DNA of 64,000 bases. Source: an uncultured virus (IMG/VR IMGVR_UViG_3300027573_000025) (taxonomy: Duplodnaviria; Heunggongvirae; Uroviricota; Caudoviricetes). The translations under genes were made by a program, and so were the position numbers. This document shows, piece after piece, positions 1 through 8,828 of the stretch; the first letter of the stretch is position 1; each line of letters starts with the position of its first letter. The stretch is taken from the IMG/VR virus record IMGVR_UViG_3300027573_000025; one strand, 5' to 3'. The notes beneath the pieces were generated by a model, which was given only the letters and a program-made list of their open reading frames with translations, had not been told where the DNA came from and made no database searches.

Positions 1-127
1 TAAGCGAGACCGAGAATCGCCCGGTGGAGGTGCCCGCATTGCACGGACTCCATCTGACTCGTCGTGAGTCAACGCCACGGCTTTCCGTGGAGCCATCGGA
101 CTAACCTTGAAAGGTTAGGTGCCCGAA
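1..127. repeat. 127-bp exact repeat of 44623-44749 (part of the capsid leader element)
   Basis: Base-by-base identity, first mismatch at 128/44750. Confidence 0.95.
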
Positions 128-134
128 ATGTCTG

Positions 135-341
135 CTACCTATCCGGCATCGGTAGCAGACTTCTTTGGTCATAGCGTAGCGAGCGTTGAATCATGCGAAT
201 ACTCTCGTTCTCCTCAAAATAGCCGGAGTCTTTTGAAGGTACAGATTGCTCTATCGCATGGGTCGAGCAACCGAGATGCCCTAGACGCGCCGCAATAACG
301 ACGCTTAAACGCTCTGTGGGATTCAATTCTTTGCAACACAT
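135..341 (-). CDS. Hypothetical protein, copy-A-specific insertion
   Basis: ORF tightly packed after 345-572; absent at the equivalent site in copy B. Confidence 0.55.
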   Translation of the reverse strand: MCCKELNPTERLSVVIAARLGHLGCSTHAIEQSVPSKDSGYFEENESIRMIQRSLRYDQRSLLPMPDR

Positions 342-344
342 TAC

Positions 345-572
345 TCAATCGTCTTTTTCACCCTTGCCCGCCGGCGCGTCGCCGCGATAGTAGCGGTCAA
401 CGATCTCGTAGGGCACTCCACTTAGGCGCACGGCATCGCTTCTGCTAATACCGTTCTTTTTCATTCTGCCGATTGCTATCGTCATCGCGCCTGACTCCCA
501 AACTTCCTTTTTAACGTCTATTGAGTGCTGGCGCTTCATAAGAGTTTTTTTGTCGATCATTACTTCAGACAT
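345..572 (-). CDS. Small HTH-like protein
   Basis: ISRSDAVRLSGVPYEIVDRYY is HTH-like; conserved in copy B (44762-44989). Confidence 0.65.
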   Translation of the reverse strand: MSEVMIDKKTLMKRQHSIDVKKEVWESGAMTIAIGRMKKNGISRSDAVRLSGVPYEIVDRYYRGDAPAGKGEKDD

Positions 573-582
573 TGCGTTTCTC

Positions 583-1434
583 CTATATTTCTATCGTACC
601 CGGATAACCCTTTTTCATCAACTGGTTGACATACTCGGTAACATCGGGGTCGCCCTGGTGGTAAGCCTTGTACTTAGGGTTCTCTTTGTTACGGATGATG
701 TCCTTTGCCTCCAACACCGCCGCATTGCCGTCGTGCGACGTTGCCCCGTTAGCCGTACCACCGAAATCAGTTTGAGTCATTTTCGCCACCAGTCCTATTA
801 GTTTTACCATTGCCGGATGGTCGCCCAAAGCCAATGCCTTATTCTCCGAGGCTTGCCCGTATGGCGCCACACCGTCGTTGAGTAAGTCTTTCAATTCGGG
901 AATATCGCGTGAGAGTAAGTCCACGTTCTGCTTGTACTCGGCAATGCGTTGGGTCGACTCGCCCTTGAATATATCCGCCATCAAGGCGTCGACGTGCTCG
1001 CCCTGGATGAAGTCCACTTCGGCGCCCTTGGCGGGTAGGAGAGCTGGTAGAATATCCTTGGCGAAGGTTTCGACTAGCCCCGCCGCTTGCGTCTTGGATA
1101 GTCCTAGCTTGTGCGCCTGCTCGCGGAAGATGCCAAGGGTCTTGTCGGACTTGATGACTTCATCGGCCATGCCGTCGAACTTAAACTCGTAGTCGTCGGC
1201 TTTTGCCGGCGGCATACGGTCGGCGAAGACATGCTGGAGTTTCGGCAAGTGCTGAGTTTTCCAGGCTTCGAGTTCCTTGGGATCGTTGCCGGGTATCGCT
1301 ACCGAACGGCCCTGGTAGGACTCCATTTCACTGAAGCCCTTCACCAGCGAGCCGACATCGTTGTACTTTTGGACTGCCGAACTGCCGCGTAGTTCCTCGG
1401 GTAGACTCTGCACTATATCATCTGGCAGTGGCAT
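583..1434 (-). CDS. Capsid scaffolding/assembly protein
   Basis: Lies between portal and capsid; LPEELR...LVKGF..ESYQG, P...DDYEF and AHKLGLSKTQA motifs typical of podovirus scaffolds. Confidence 0.8.
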   Translation of the reverse strand: MPLPDDIVQSLPEELRGSSAVQKYNDVGSLVKGFSEMESYQGRSVAIPGNDPKELEAWKTQHLPKLQHVFADRMPPAKADDYEFKFDGMADEVIKSDKTLGIFREQAHKLGLSKTQAAGLVETFAKDILPALLPAKGAEVDFIQGEHVDALMADIFKGESTQRIAEYKQNVDLLSRDIPELKDLLNDGVAPYGQASENKALALGDHPAMVKLIGLVAKMTQTDFGGTANGATSHDGNAAVLEAKDIIRNKENPKYKAYHQGDPDVTEYVNQLMKKGYPGTIEI

Positions 1435-1691
1435 TACATCTCCTCATTCAATTTGACTAAGACAGCCGTCCTACTCATGGCAATAGTCAGAATGGTGCGC
1501 GATAGCCGGCGCATTCCTTCAGCCATGCCGCGCTCAAATTCCGAAGCGCCCTCCACGTCCTCTGAAATAATAGTGCTGAAATAATCCCACAACACACCGC
1601 CCTGGAATACCGCCGCCCGTATTGCCTCGTCGATTTGCTCAGGGGTGCGCTCGACATAAGTGAGCCTGATTTTACGCTGCCGCTTCTTCAA
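1434..1691 (-). CDS. Small head-module protein (Bbp19-like position)
   Basis: AEGMRR motif, between portal and scaffold; conserved in copy B. Confidence 0.6.
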   Translation of the reverse strand: MKKRQRKIRLTYVERTPEQIDEAIRAAVFQGGVLWDYFSTIISEDVEGASEFERGMAEGMRRLSRTILTIAMSRTAVLVKLNEEM

Positions 1692-1854
1692 GCTGCTTAT
1701 CCCACTGGTTGATAAATTCCACTACATCCTTGAGCGTCGGTTCATGGTCATAACACTGACTCATGCCACGGTTGTCTATCTTCAAAAAGAGTTGATACGG
1801 CATTAACTGAGGCGTCCTGCCGGGCAGTATCGAGTAGTCGCAAAATACCTTCAT
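1672..1854 (-). CDS. Hypothetical protein
   Basis: ATGA overlap with the portal stop; conserved in copy B. Confidence 0.65.
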   Translation of the reverse strand: MKVFCDYSILPGRTPQLMPYQLFLKIDNRGMSQCYDHEPTLKDVVEFINQWDKQLEEAAA

Positions 1855-3527
1855 GCCGCTGCCTGTCCTCCGCTGGCGCCTTCGCGTGTGACTTTGAGGA
1901 ACGGCGCCACATCTCCCGCCGCCTTAGCCGCACCCATGCCGAGCATCGCCATCTTCTCGGCGTTCTGCTGCGCGAGTAGCTTGGTGACTTTCTGGTTGAA
2001 CTCGTACTCGCTTATCAGCATGTCCTGGGTGCCGCGAATCTCGAATAGCTTGCGTGATACTTTCTTAAAGTCGACAAGCTGTAGCACCTGCGGGTCAAAC
2101 TGCTGGATGCCGGCAAGGTCGGCGACGGACTGCTGCAAATCAGTAATTTCCTGATTGCGAGCTGCACGCGCAAGAGGCGATTCATAACTGACCGCCAGTG
2201 CCCCGTCTGCCGAGCCTTGCCTCAACACATCGGGGGGTTCGCGCAACATCCCCGCATGCGCCATGTTGTCTAGGGTGACGTTGATGACTACGCTTTGATA
2301 GTCCTGTTCAAGGCGGGAATATACCGGACCTTGGATTTGCTGGAGTAGGTTAAGTCTTGCGTTGGTTTCAAAGGCTGTGAGTTCGGGTTTCTCGCGGCTG
2401 AGTAGATTGAGAATTTCTGAGACATGATAGATTCGTAAGATTTGCTCAACTTTGCGCTTTCGCATAAGGTCATCGGCTTGCCAGTTAGGCTGGTCGAATA
2501 GCTGCCGAACGGAGTTGTTAGGGTCAGTGACCACGGTATCTCCGCCGGCTCGCTTATTAAGAATTCCGTTAATGATACTATTTCGTTTGCTAAGCGTTGG
2601 GGGATCGAGTTGTCTATCCCACATGAGCATTTCTTTTTTGTCGGCTTCATTCATCGTCCTCGCGTCGGGTAACGCCATTTCGCTAGGTCCACGTCCGTAA
2701 GGCTCACCGGCTATCAAGTCGTAACGTGCTACCGCCACGGGAAACAGTCGGTAGCCCGACTCGCGCACCAGCCGGAGTTTTTCCTTCTCCACCCAACACG
2801 ACGCCCATGGTAGTTGGTTGGACTTCTTGAGTTTAGTGCCGGAGTATTCGAGGTTTTCCCTTGGACTGATGGAGTGTAGAAACGTCACGTCACGGTAGGG
2901 GGTCTTGTCGAGTTGACGGTTAAGGTCGTCGGACAAGCCGTAGTTTACCCCGCCGTCTTCCTCGAACATCTTGTGCGCATTGACCAGCTTGATGGTCACT
3001 TCCCGGATAAAGGTATCTATCTTTCCGTCCGGTCCCTCACACATGACGTAACTGCCAAATGGGATGGCCGTGTAACGAAGCTGGTTAAGACCGCTTCTAG
3101 TCTGCGGTACCATCTCGCAGAGTAAGGGGCCGTTGCCCATGTTGATCCATGAGTTTATCGCCTGTCCATTTCCTTGGTAGAAGTTGCTGCGCCGGAAGGC
3201 GAGCAGCATTGCGGTCGTCCAGTCCTTGAGACAATTAGCGGCATCTGAGTCCTCGTTTATTTCCGGGTCTGAATGCCCGAGTCCAAACCAGCGGGTAGCC
3301 GAGTTGCACACGGCGCCCTGGATAAACTGGCTGAGAATGAAAGAGCCGTAGGTCGCTGTCGAGTCAAATATCTTTCGGGTGCGTCTCTCGCCTGGCGCCC
3401 TGGTGCGCTCCACGTCTTTGTAGAACGGCGCTATGTAGTCGATGATGTCTTGGACAATGTTGTCAAGATTGACGCGCTCCGCCTTGAGCGTTTCGTAATT
3501 CTTGGCGATGGCTTGGGGTAAATTCAT
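1851..3527 (-). CDS. Portal (head-to-tail connector), T7/BPP-1 podovirus type
   Basis: 558 aa; IFDSTA, RSNFY, GEPYGRGP, TAFE and YESPLARA motifs. Confidence 0.92.
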   Translation of the reverse strand: MNLPQAIAKNYETLKAERVNLDNIVQDIIDYIAPFYKDVERTRAPGERRTRKIFDSTATYGSFILSQFIQGAVCNSATRWFGLGHSDPEINEDSDAANCLKDWTTAMLLAFRRSNFYQGNGQAINSWINMGNGPLLCEMVPQTRSGLNQLRYTAIPFGSYVMCEGPDGKIDTFIREVTIKLVNAHKMFEEDGGVNYGLSDDLNRQLDKTPYRDVTFLHSISPRENLEYSGTKLKKSNQLPWASCWVEKEKLRLVRESGYRLFPVAVARYDLIAGEPYGRGPSEMALPDARTMNEADKKEMLMWDRQLDPPTLSKRNSIINGILNKRAGGDTVVTDPNNSVRQLFDQPNWQADDLMRKRKVEQILRIYHVSEILNLLSREKPELTAFETNARLNLLQQIQGPVYSRLEQDYQSVVINVTLDNMAHAGMLREPPDVLRQGSADGALAVSYESPLARAARNQEITDLQQSVADLAGIQQFDPQVLQLVDFKKVSRKLFEIRGTQDMLISEYEFNQKVTKLLAQQNAEKMAMLGMGAAKAAGDVAPFLKVTREGASGGQAAA

Positions 3528-3706
3528 CCGACGTTGCCCAAGTTACTTCCGCCTATCACCGTGGAGGAGCGCCCCTGCGCCAGCATGGCCCGGCGCCGGG
3601 CGTCATTCTCTGCGGCTTGTATCTGAGTGCTGGAAGTGGACGGCGGGGGTTTTGCTTTGGGTATCTTCGGCTTATCGGCGCCGACGAACATATCTTTCAG
3701 CATCAT
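3524..3706 (-). CDS. Small Pro-rich virion protein upstream of portal
   Basis: AGGAG RBS before ATGATG at 3706; GRSST motif; conserved in copy B. Confidence 0.7.
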   Translation of the reverse strand: MMLKDMFVGADKPKIPKAKPPPSTSSTQIQAAENDARRRAMLAQGRSSTVIGGSNLGNVG

Positions 3707-3821
3707 GGGCGGGGTACTCCTAAGAACCATTACTCGCTTTTAGGCTTGGTTGTCAAGCGTCGGGCACAAGTGCCCTATAATACTTGTTGACTTTCTTTAT
3801 GATGGAGAATAGAAAACACTA

Positions 3822-4547
3822 ATGTTCGACGCGGAATTTATAAAGCGAACCCACGAACCGATCATCAAGGAATTAGAAATCGAGATCAATCGGGCGAGGT
3901 ATAAAATACGATACACGCTAGGATACACAAGCGAACATGACAAAGTAGATGATCTCGTGAGAAAGAACTTAAAAATTTGTTTAGTACGAGATAGGTGGAA
4001 TGACATTCTTGAACAGTATTACGGTCACGCGATAAACTGGCCCATTCAAAAAGAATGGCTAGCTACATTTAACTACGACAACACACGCTTTTCCGGCATT
4101 GATCGTAAATCTCTTAAAGTCCACTTTAACACTTACAGATACCTGCAATCTATTATTCCTTGCGTGTATTCCTATCAGATGGATCAACGCGGATTATTTT
4201 ACTGGCGTGATATTTTGCGAGTTATTCCCAAAAGACCGCGTTGCAGAATATGTGGTGCGCCGCCAACGAGGTGGGATAGAACCGCTCATGGCAAACGTAA
4301 AGGCGATGATAATGACAGATATAACTGCCTCGGCGGAGAATCATACGTTTACGCCGAACGGTTACGGAAATGGAGGGAAGAATATCGAATAAAACAAGAG
4401 AAGAAGAAAGGTATTTGGCAAGCACGAATAGCGGCTCTTGAAGCACAATATAAAATCAAGGAGGACAAAAAATGTCTGCAAGAAACAAGACAACTGATCT
4501 GGAAAATAAGGAAGTATCTACGGAATCCGAACAGCCTCGCTCTCTAG
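3822..4547 (+). CDS. Hypothetical protein (AT-rich moron, CxxC)
   Basis: 241-aa ORF opposite to the late operon; copy-A-specific. Confidence 0.7.
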   Translation: MFDAEFIKRTHEPIIKELEIEINRARYKIRYTLGYTSEHDKVDDLVRKNLKICLVRDRWNDILEQYYGHAINWPIQKEWLATFNYDNTRFSGIDRKSLKVHFNTYRYLQSIIPCVYSYQMDQRGLFYWRDILRVIPKRPRCRICGAPPTRWDRTAHGKRKGDDNDRYNCLGGESYVYAERLRKWREEYRIKQEKKKGIWQARIAALEAQYKIKEDKKCLQETRQLIWKIRKYLRNPNSLAL

Positions 4548-4783
4548 CGATTGCCCGCAAGGGATTAAACACCTCGAAAGACTTCGCCAACTTCATGGCG
4601 GCAATGATGTCTGATTTAGTCGAGGGGAAAGTTTCACCCGGCGTCGGCAATGCAAGCTGCAACGCAGGCGGAAAGCTATTGAAGATTGTCGAGATGGAAT
4701 ACAAGTACGGCACCAAGGATGACAAAGGCAATCCGAATAAGACATTGACGCTTGCCTTCGAGAGCACAGATGCCAAAGAATGA
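4472..4783 (+). CDS. Hypothetical protein (moron)
   Basis: GGAGG RBS upstream of ATG 4472. Confidence 0.75.
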   Translation: MSARNKTTDLENKEVSTESEQPRSLAIARKGLNTSKDFANFMAAMMSDLVEGKVSPGVGNASCNAGGKLLKIVEMEYKYGTKDDKGNPNKTLTLAFESTDAKE

Positions 4784-4898
4784 TGACTCCGATGACCGCT
4801 GGTCGCGCACATGCCCGCGCTGCGGCTGGAAGTGGGTGCCGAGGGTGCCCAAGCCCAAGAAGTGCCCGGCGTGCAAGAATATCCTAAAACCGAAGTGA
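4770..4898 (+). CDS. 42-aa zinc-ribbon protein
   Basis: Hand translation MPKNDDSDDRWSRTCPRCGWKWVPRVPKPKKCPACKNILKPK; below the ORF-track cutoff. Confidence 0.65.
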   Translation: MPKNDDSDDRWSRTCPRCGWKWVPRVPKPKKCPACKNILKPK

Positions 4899-6494
4899 TG
4901 GTTGCCGGTCGTCCTGATTAAGGTTGGTCAACACCTTGAGCGGGCGACCGGCATTCTCATTCATTCCCGGCACACCCCACCTAGCCAAGAGATAAATAAA
5001 GGCATCGCCTATATCCTCATGGGGATGGTTGGGCTTCTTGGGCTTGTCGCTGCGCAGCTCGCCGAGGTGCGACTTGGCATAGTACCAGCGTCCGTCGAGT
5101 GCTTTTATCAAGTCCTGGGTGTAGGCATTATCTTCGACGGTGATACCCGACCTACGGTTGAATATCTGGACCAGGATATTCTTTCTTATCTCCCACTGGA
5201 CAGGTCCGCTTTCAAACCACCCTCCGCCCAGCATCTGCTGGATCATCACCAGAGCCGCATTGTCGATGTCTGCTTCACTGCCCTTGGGCTTCTCCATGCT
5301 GCCCTGGGCCGGGTCGTAGCCTATGAAGGCGTAGTCGTCGGGATGTCTAAGCACCCAAGGTGCAAACCTACCTAGCCACGGTATCACCTGATCCTCGAAT
5401 AGCTGCTGGATACCCGCCCCCATGGCGCACAGTGACGCCTTGACGCGCATGGTCGGACCCTCGGGCTGTCCTATCACGCACGCCGGGGTATGGCCGAAGT
5501 CGATACCGAAGTAGACAGGCTCTCCCGGAATGAAGGGGAGTTGTTTAGATGAAACGTGGAGGTCACGGCTAAAGCCCTGCGCTACCTGGTCCCCAAGCAT
5601 GATAACGCCGGGAAGTCCAAGCAGGAGTCTTCGAACTAGGTCGGGTCTATTCTGGAGGGACTGACCCCAATCGGCTCTCGCTTCTTCGTTTGCTCTCTCG
5701 CCGGCTGGCACCCTGAACCACTGGACAGTCGGCAAGTAGGATGAATTGCCCATGCACTCGGACAGGGGACTGCCCTGGGGATACTTGTCAAACTCGGGAA
5801 GCCACCGGTAACCGTTATCCAGGAACATCTTCTTGAACTGCTCGGGGTGTGCGAAGACTGGTCGCTGATGGGGGTTAGCCCTACGCCATGTCCAATGATC
5901 CTCATCAGGTAGGTTCTCGGTCGTAACCGCGGGGTGAAAGTGGCTAGGTGTGCGTTGACTGGTCAACCCGAGACTCCAGGCATCCTCATTGACACCGCTG
6001 GACACCACCATCTGAGAACTAGGCGCCGGCTCCTCGAACCACATGCCCACCGTCTCCATCCTCATCCGGTCCATCGCCCCCTGATCCTCAATCCCAAACA
6101 GGTCCACCCTCACTAGGGGAGTCCCAGCTAAGTAAAACGTAGCCACATGGTCATTATCCGTTAGTCTCCAGCCACCTTTGAATATGACATTCTCGAAACT
6201 CTTGATGGTCTTTAACTTGTGGCTGGTAAAAGTATCCGTAACTCCCACCCAGGGAACGGGGAGGGGAAACCCCGCGGCATGGTGCGCCCGGGCATGCTCT
6301 ATCGCCCCCACCATCCACCCGATGGTCTTGCCGTCACCACGAGTACCAAAACAGAATATCTCCCTACGCTCAGGGTTACGTCCCCCATCCCTAATGGTCT
6401 GGACAAACTCAGCCACCACCGGCTGCTCCATAAAGCTGATCTCTGCCTTCTGGTTTGCCTGCCGGGGGTCTATCTTGTGACGGAGTTTAGGCAT
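4884..6494 (-). CDS. terL: Terminase large subunit
   Basis: Walker A GTRGDGKT, Walker B-like WFEE, RNase H-like GIDFG and terminal HEDIGDA. Confidence 0.9.
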   Translation of the reverse strand: MPKLRHKIDPRQANQKAEISFMEQPVVAEFVQTIRDGGRNPERREIFCFGTRGDGKTIGWMVGAIEHARAHHAAGFPLPVPWVGVTDTFTSHKLKTIKSFENVIFKGGWRLTDNDHVATFYLAGTPLVRVDLFGIEDQGAMDRMRMETVGMWFEEPAPSSQMVVSSGVNEDAWSLGLTSQRTPSHFHPAVTTENLPDEDHWTWRRANPHQRPVFAHPEQFKKMFLDNGYRWLPEFDKYPQGSPLSECMGNSSYLPTVQWFRVPAGERANEEARADWGQSLQNRPDLVRRLLLGLPGVIMLGDQVAQGFSRDLHVSSKQLPFIPGEPVYFGIDFGHTPACVIGQPEGPTMRVKASLCAMGAGIQQLFEDQVIPWLGRFAPWVLRHPDDYAFIGYDPAQGSMEKPKGSEADIDNAALVMIQQMLGGGWFESGPVQWEIRKNILVQIFNRRSGITVEDNAYTQDLIKALDGRWYYAKSHLGELRSDKPKKPNHPHEDIGDAFIYLLARWGVPGMNENAGRPLKVLTNLNQDDRQPSLRF

Positions 6495-6539
6495 GGAGTC
6501 CCTTGATACTTTAAAAGCGGGGATATTGGTAGCCTACTC

Positions 6540-6645
6540 CTTAACGTGGAGGCGTATGGCCCTAAAAAATGGGTCCCACCCCTCACCTCGTAGGGAAAAA
6601 GCACCCCCCCCTACCACTACTACCAGCACCACGCTCCACGCTCCC
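6540..6645. other. Conserved non-coding block between terS and terL, candidate packaging (pac/terminus) site
   Basis: Near-identical to 52521-52626 although the flanks diverge; A and C tracts. Confidence 0.45.
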
Positions 6646-6770
6646 GCACTGTACAATACTGTCCATGTTGTACAATTATGGTAAAGTTTACAGATTATGT
6701 GTTATCAGACACTGATGGTCTATCCATGCCATAACACTGAGTATTATTTTATTATTCTAAATTATGGGAA

Positions 6771-7334
6771 TTAGACTTTGGATGGGTTTATTATCTTAGC
6801 TTCCTCGAGGTCTTCACCTAACTTACTAAGGCCATTATCGGGTGTTATTGCCCTAGGTGACTGTCCGGGATAGCTGATAGCTAACTGTGCTGGACCTATC
6901 GTAGTGATATTAAAACCATCACGATATTCAGGTCTTAGACCTTTGAGAGCGAAGATGGCTAATACGTCGCTTTTGCGATTCACCTTCTCAACAATTACCT
7001 GATCTCCCCTTGTCTTAGTGATAGTATGCTCAGTCCCCACAAAGGCCCTAGTAAATACGTCACCCTCAGCATAGTCAGCAAACATTTCACGAGCTTTATT
7101 ATAAGCTTGTTTATAATCCTCAGACTTTTGTATCCATCGATAATGAAACATCCAATGGATATTGCATAACCTAGAACATCCGGTGATTGAGCCACTAGCG
7201 CAATATGCCAGTAAATAACGTCTTTGACGTGGTTTAATGGCCTTGAACTCAGCAATGGCCTTAAATTCTCTGATTAGGTTTAAAGATTCTACTGGTACTG
7301 AGGCAGGTGATGTGAGACTTGCTGAACCATCCAT
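6771..7334 (-). CDS. terS: Terminase small subunit
   Basis: N-terminal HTH, SDVLAIFALKGLRPEYRD motif, upstream of terL. Confidence 0.8.
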   Translation of the reverse strand: MDGSASLTSPASVPVESLNLIREFKAIAEFKAIKPRQRRYLLAYCASGSITGCSRLCNIHWMFHYRWIQKSEDYKQAYNKAREMFADYAEGDVFTRAFVGTEHTITKTRGDQVIVEKVNRKSDVLAIFALKGLRPEYRDGFNITTIGPAQLAISYPGQSPRAITPDNGLSKLGEDLEEAKIINPSKV

Positions 7335-7339
7335 GAGTT

Positions 7340-7720
7340 AAGATTTTAAAGACAGGTACTCCTTAGGTTGGGACGCTGCTCTCACTCCCTCACTCCCTCC
7401 GCTATCCTCTTAAGCCCCCCGAGTAACCCTGCAATCCATTCTATGATGCAGGCCATAGTTGATTCAATGTGATTAGATCAAGATTGAATCGTGAAAGCGT
7501 CGGTCGGTCGGTCGGTCGATTGCGCTGGCCCGGTCAATCACGTTATTAGCAGCTATCCCGCCAGTGGCGCTGTAGGCAATGGCGCTATGGAGTACCTGAG
7601 AGACGCGATCCATGCCTCGTGATTGCCGAATAGTCCCACAAACAACAAAGCGTAGCCCAGATTGCTCCAAGCTACGCTCCATTGCCTCAGGTACTACTAT
7701 GGATTGCTCCATACGCCACT
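7340..7720 (-). ncRNA. Candidate ~380-nt structured RNA in the replication-module slot
   Basis: Two GCAA-tetraloop hairpins, one with G-U pairs that work only on the minus strand; several 8-10 bp long-range helices; TTGACA just upstream. Confidence 0.6.
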
Positions 7721-7747
7721 ACTATTGAATTAAGTAGAGTTTGTCAA
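7719..7747 (-). promoter_or_regulatory. Putative sigma-70 promoter (TTGACA-17-TAGTAG)
   Basis: Perfect -35, weak -10; copy B has TTGACA-17-TAGCGT at the equivalent position upstream of rep. Confidence 0.45.
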
Positions 7748-7780
7748 GCGTTATCCCATCGGGCATTTCTGAGAAAACAA

Positions 7781-7861
7781 GGCATTATTGCCCACTGTAA
7801 TAAATTCAACTACTTAGAGTATCAAGTTATAGGTAGTGTAAATAAATATGGCAGTATTGCC
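7781..7861. promoter_or_regulatory. Pair of GGCA-N4-TGCC palindromes (activator UAS or operators)
   Basis: GGCATTATTGCC 7781-7792 and GGCAGTATTGCC 7850-7861; conserved at 53996 and 54064. Confidence 0.6.
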
Positions 7862-7928
7862 TGAATTCTTTTTCCTTGACTCATAGGGGAATGTAGTGTT
7901 ATTGAGCATTTAGCATTGCGCTGTTATC

Positions 7929-7944
7929 TGGCATGAGTCCTGCT
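7929..7944 (+). promoter_or_regulatory. Sigma-54-type (-24/-12) promoter of the early operon
   Basis: TGGCATGAGTCCTGCT with exact GG-N10-GC spacing; identical in copy B; RBS and ATG follow the predicted start. Confidence 0.65.
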
Positions 7945-7971
7945 TTAATGGGAGTGCAAAGGGGAATGAAA

Positions 7972-8181
7972 ATGAAAACCATCAACCATCTACGAGAAAT
8001 ATACGGCGGCAGGTATCACCAGATCGCTCAAGTGAATATCACAGAGCCTCAATACCTACAGCCTATTCACGCGAGTGTAGTTGCCGATAGCTTACAGACA
8101 TTCGATGGGGACCAAGGACCAAAGACAGCACAGCTCATGACCTACGGCGATAGCTGGCGCTTTTGGGTAATTGTCGACTAA
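7972..8181 (+). CDS. Early hypothetical protein
   Basis: GGGG RBS; first gene after the promoter. Confidence 0.65.
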   Translation: MKTINHLREIYGGRYHQIAQVNITEPQYLQPIHASVVADSLQTFDGDQGPKTAQLMTYGDSWRFWVIVD

Positions 8182-8201
8182 CCATCAACGTGCAGGAGGG
8201 A

Positions 8202-8441
8202 ATGAAAATGAAAAACAAAAAACTATCTGAGGAAGATTTAGTCCAGGAAGCTTACGAGGATTCTCTTTATGTATTCCGCCTGGCATCTCAGGCCTTTAGC
8301 GCAGTGCAGGTAGCATACCGCGGACGGGTCATTGATGATGATGAGTTTCTCCGCGGGCGCAAGATATACCACCTGGCGCAATTAGCGGCTGATGAGGCTG
8401 AGGAAGCCTATATCAACGCCATGAAGCAGTTTCGCGACTAA
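8202..8441 (+). CDS. Early hypothetical protein
   Basis: GGAGG RBS before ATG 8202. Confidence 0.7.
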   Translation: MKMKNKKLSEEDLVQEAYEDSLYVFRLASQAFSAVQVAYRGRVIDDDEFLRGRKIYHLAQLAADEAEEAYINAMKQFRD

Positions 8442-8490
8442 CATCAACGTTCGCAACACCCGCTGCCAAGCGGGAGAATGGAAGGGGAAA

Positions 8491-8730
8491 ATGAAAACTA
8501 AGATGGTCAAATATGAAATTGAGTGGGCTAACGGCGAAAAGGAAATAGTCAAAATTCCGGCTTTTTTCCAACCGAGTCAAGTTAAGAAAAACCTCCCCTA
8601 CTCTGAGGTCGTCATGTTACTTGAGAAAGGCTATCACGTTTTCGCCAACAGCGATGGTCGCATTGATGGTCCGGCTCGCGTTGCAGTCCTTGACAATGGC
8701 GAGTTAACGCCTGCGTTTAAACATCTATAG
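8491..8730 (+). CDS. Early hypothetical protein
   Basis: GAAGGGG RBS; follows a hairpin spacer. Confidence 0.7.
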   Translation: MKTKMVKYEIEWANGEKEIVKIPAFFQPSQVKKNLPYSEVVMLLEKGYHVFANSDGRIDGPARVAVLDNGELTPAFKHL

Positions 8731-8828
8731 TCCCATCATCGGCAACTCTTATGAGAGTTGCCCATTGATCGGATTAGGCGTGCTTAACCTCCATGTTGCC
8801 AAACATGGGAGAAAGAGAAGGGGATAAC

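Noticed and set aside
330..350. UGA-V-M-C after the small HTH gene as another UxxC
   Set aside because: An in-frame ATG follows immediately, there is no clear hairpin, and copy B has UAG with no downstream ORF.
3725..3756. TTGACA upstream of the portal operon, conserved in both copies, as a firm promoter call
   Set aside because: The -10 element is poor at any normal spacing; plausible but not supportable from sequence alone.
7473..7712. 79-aa ORF over the structured element
   Set aside because: No RBS, no recognisable motif, and it runs through hairpins and a tetranucleotide repeat. A leaderless peptide is not fully excluded.
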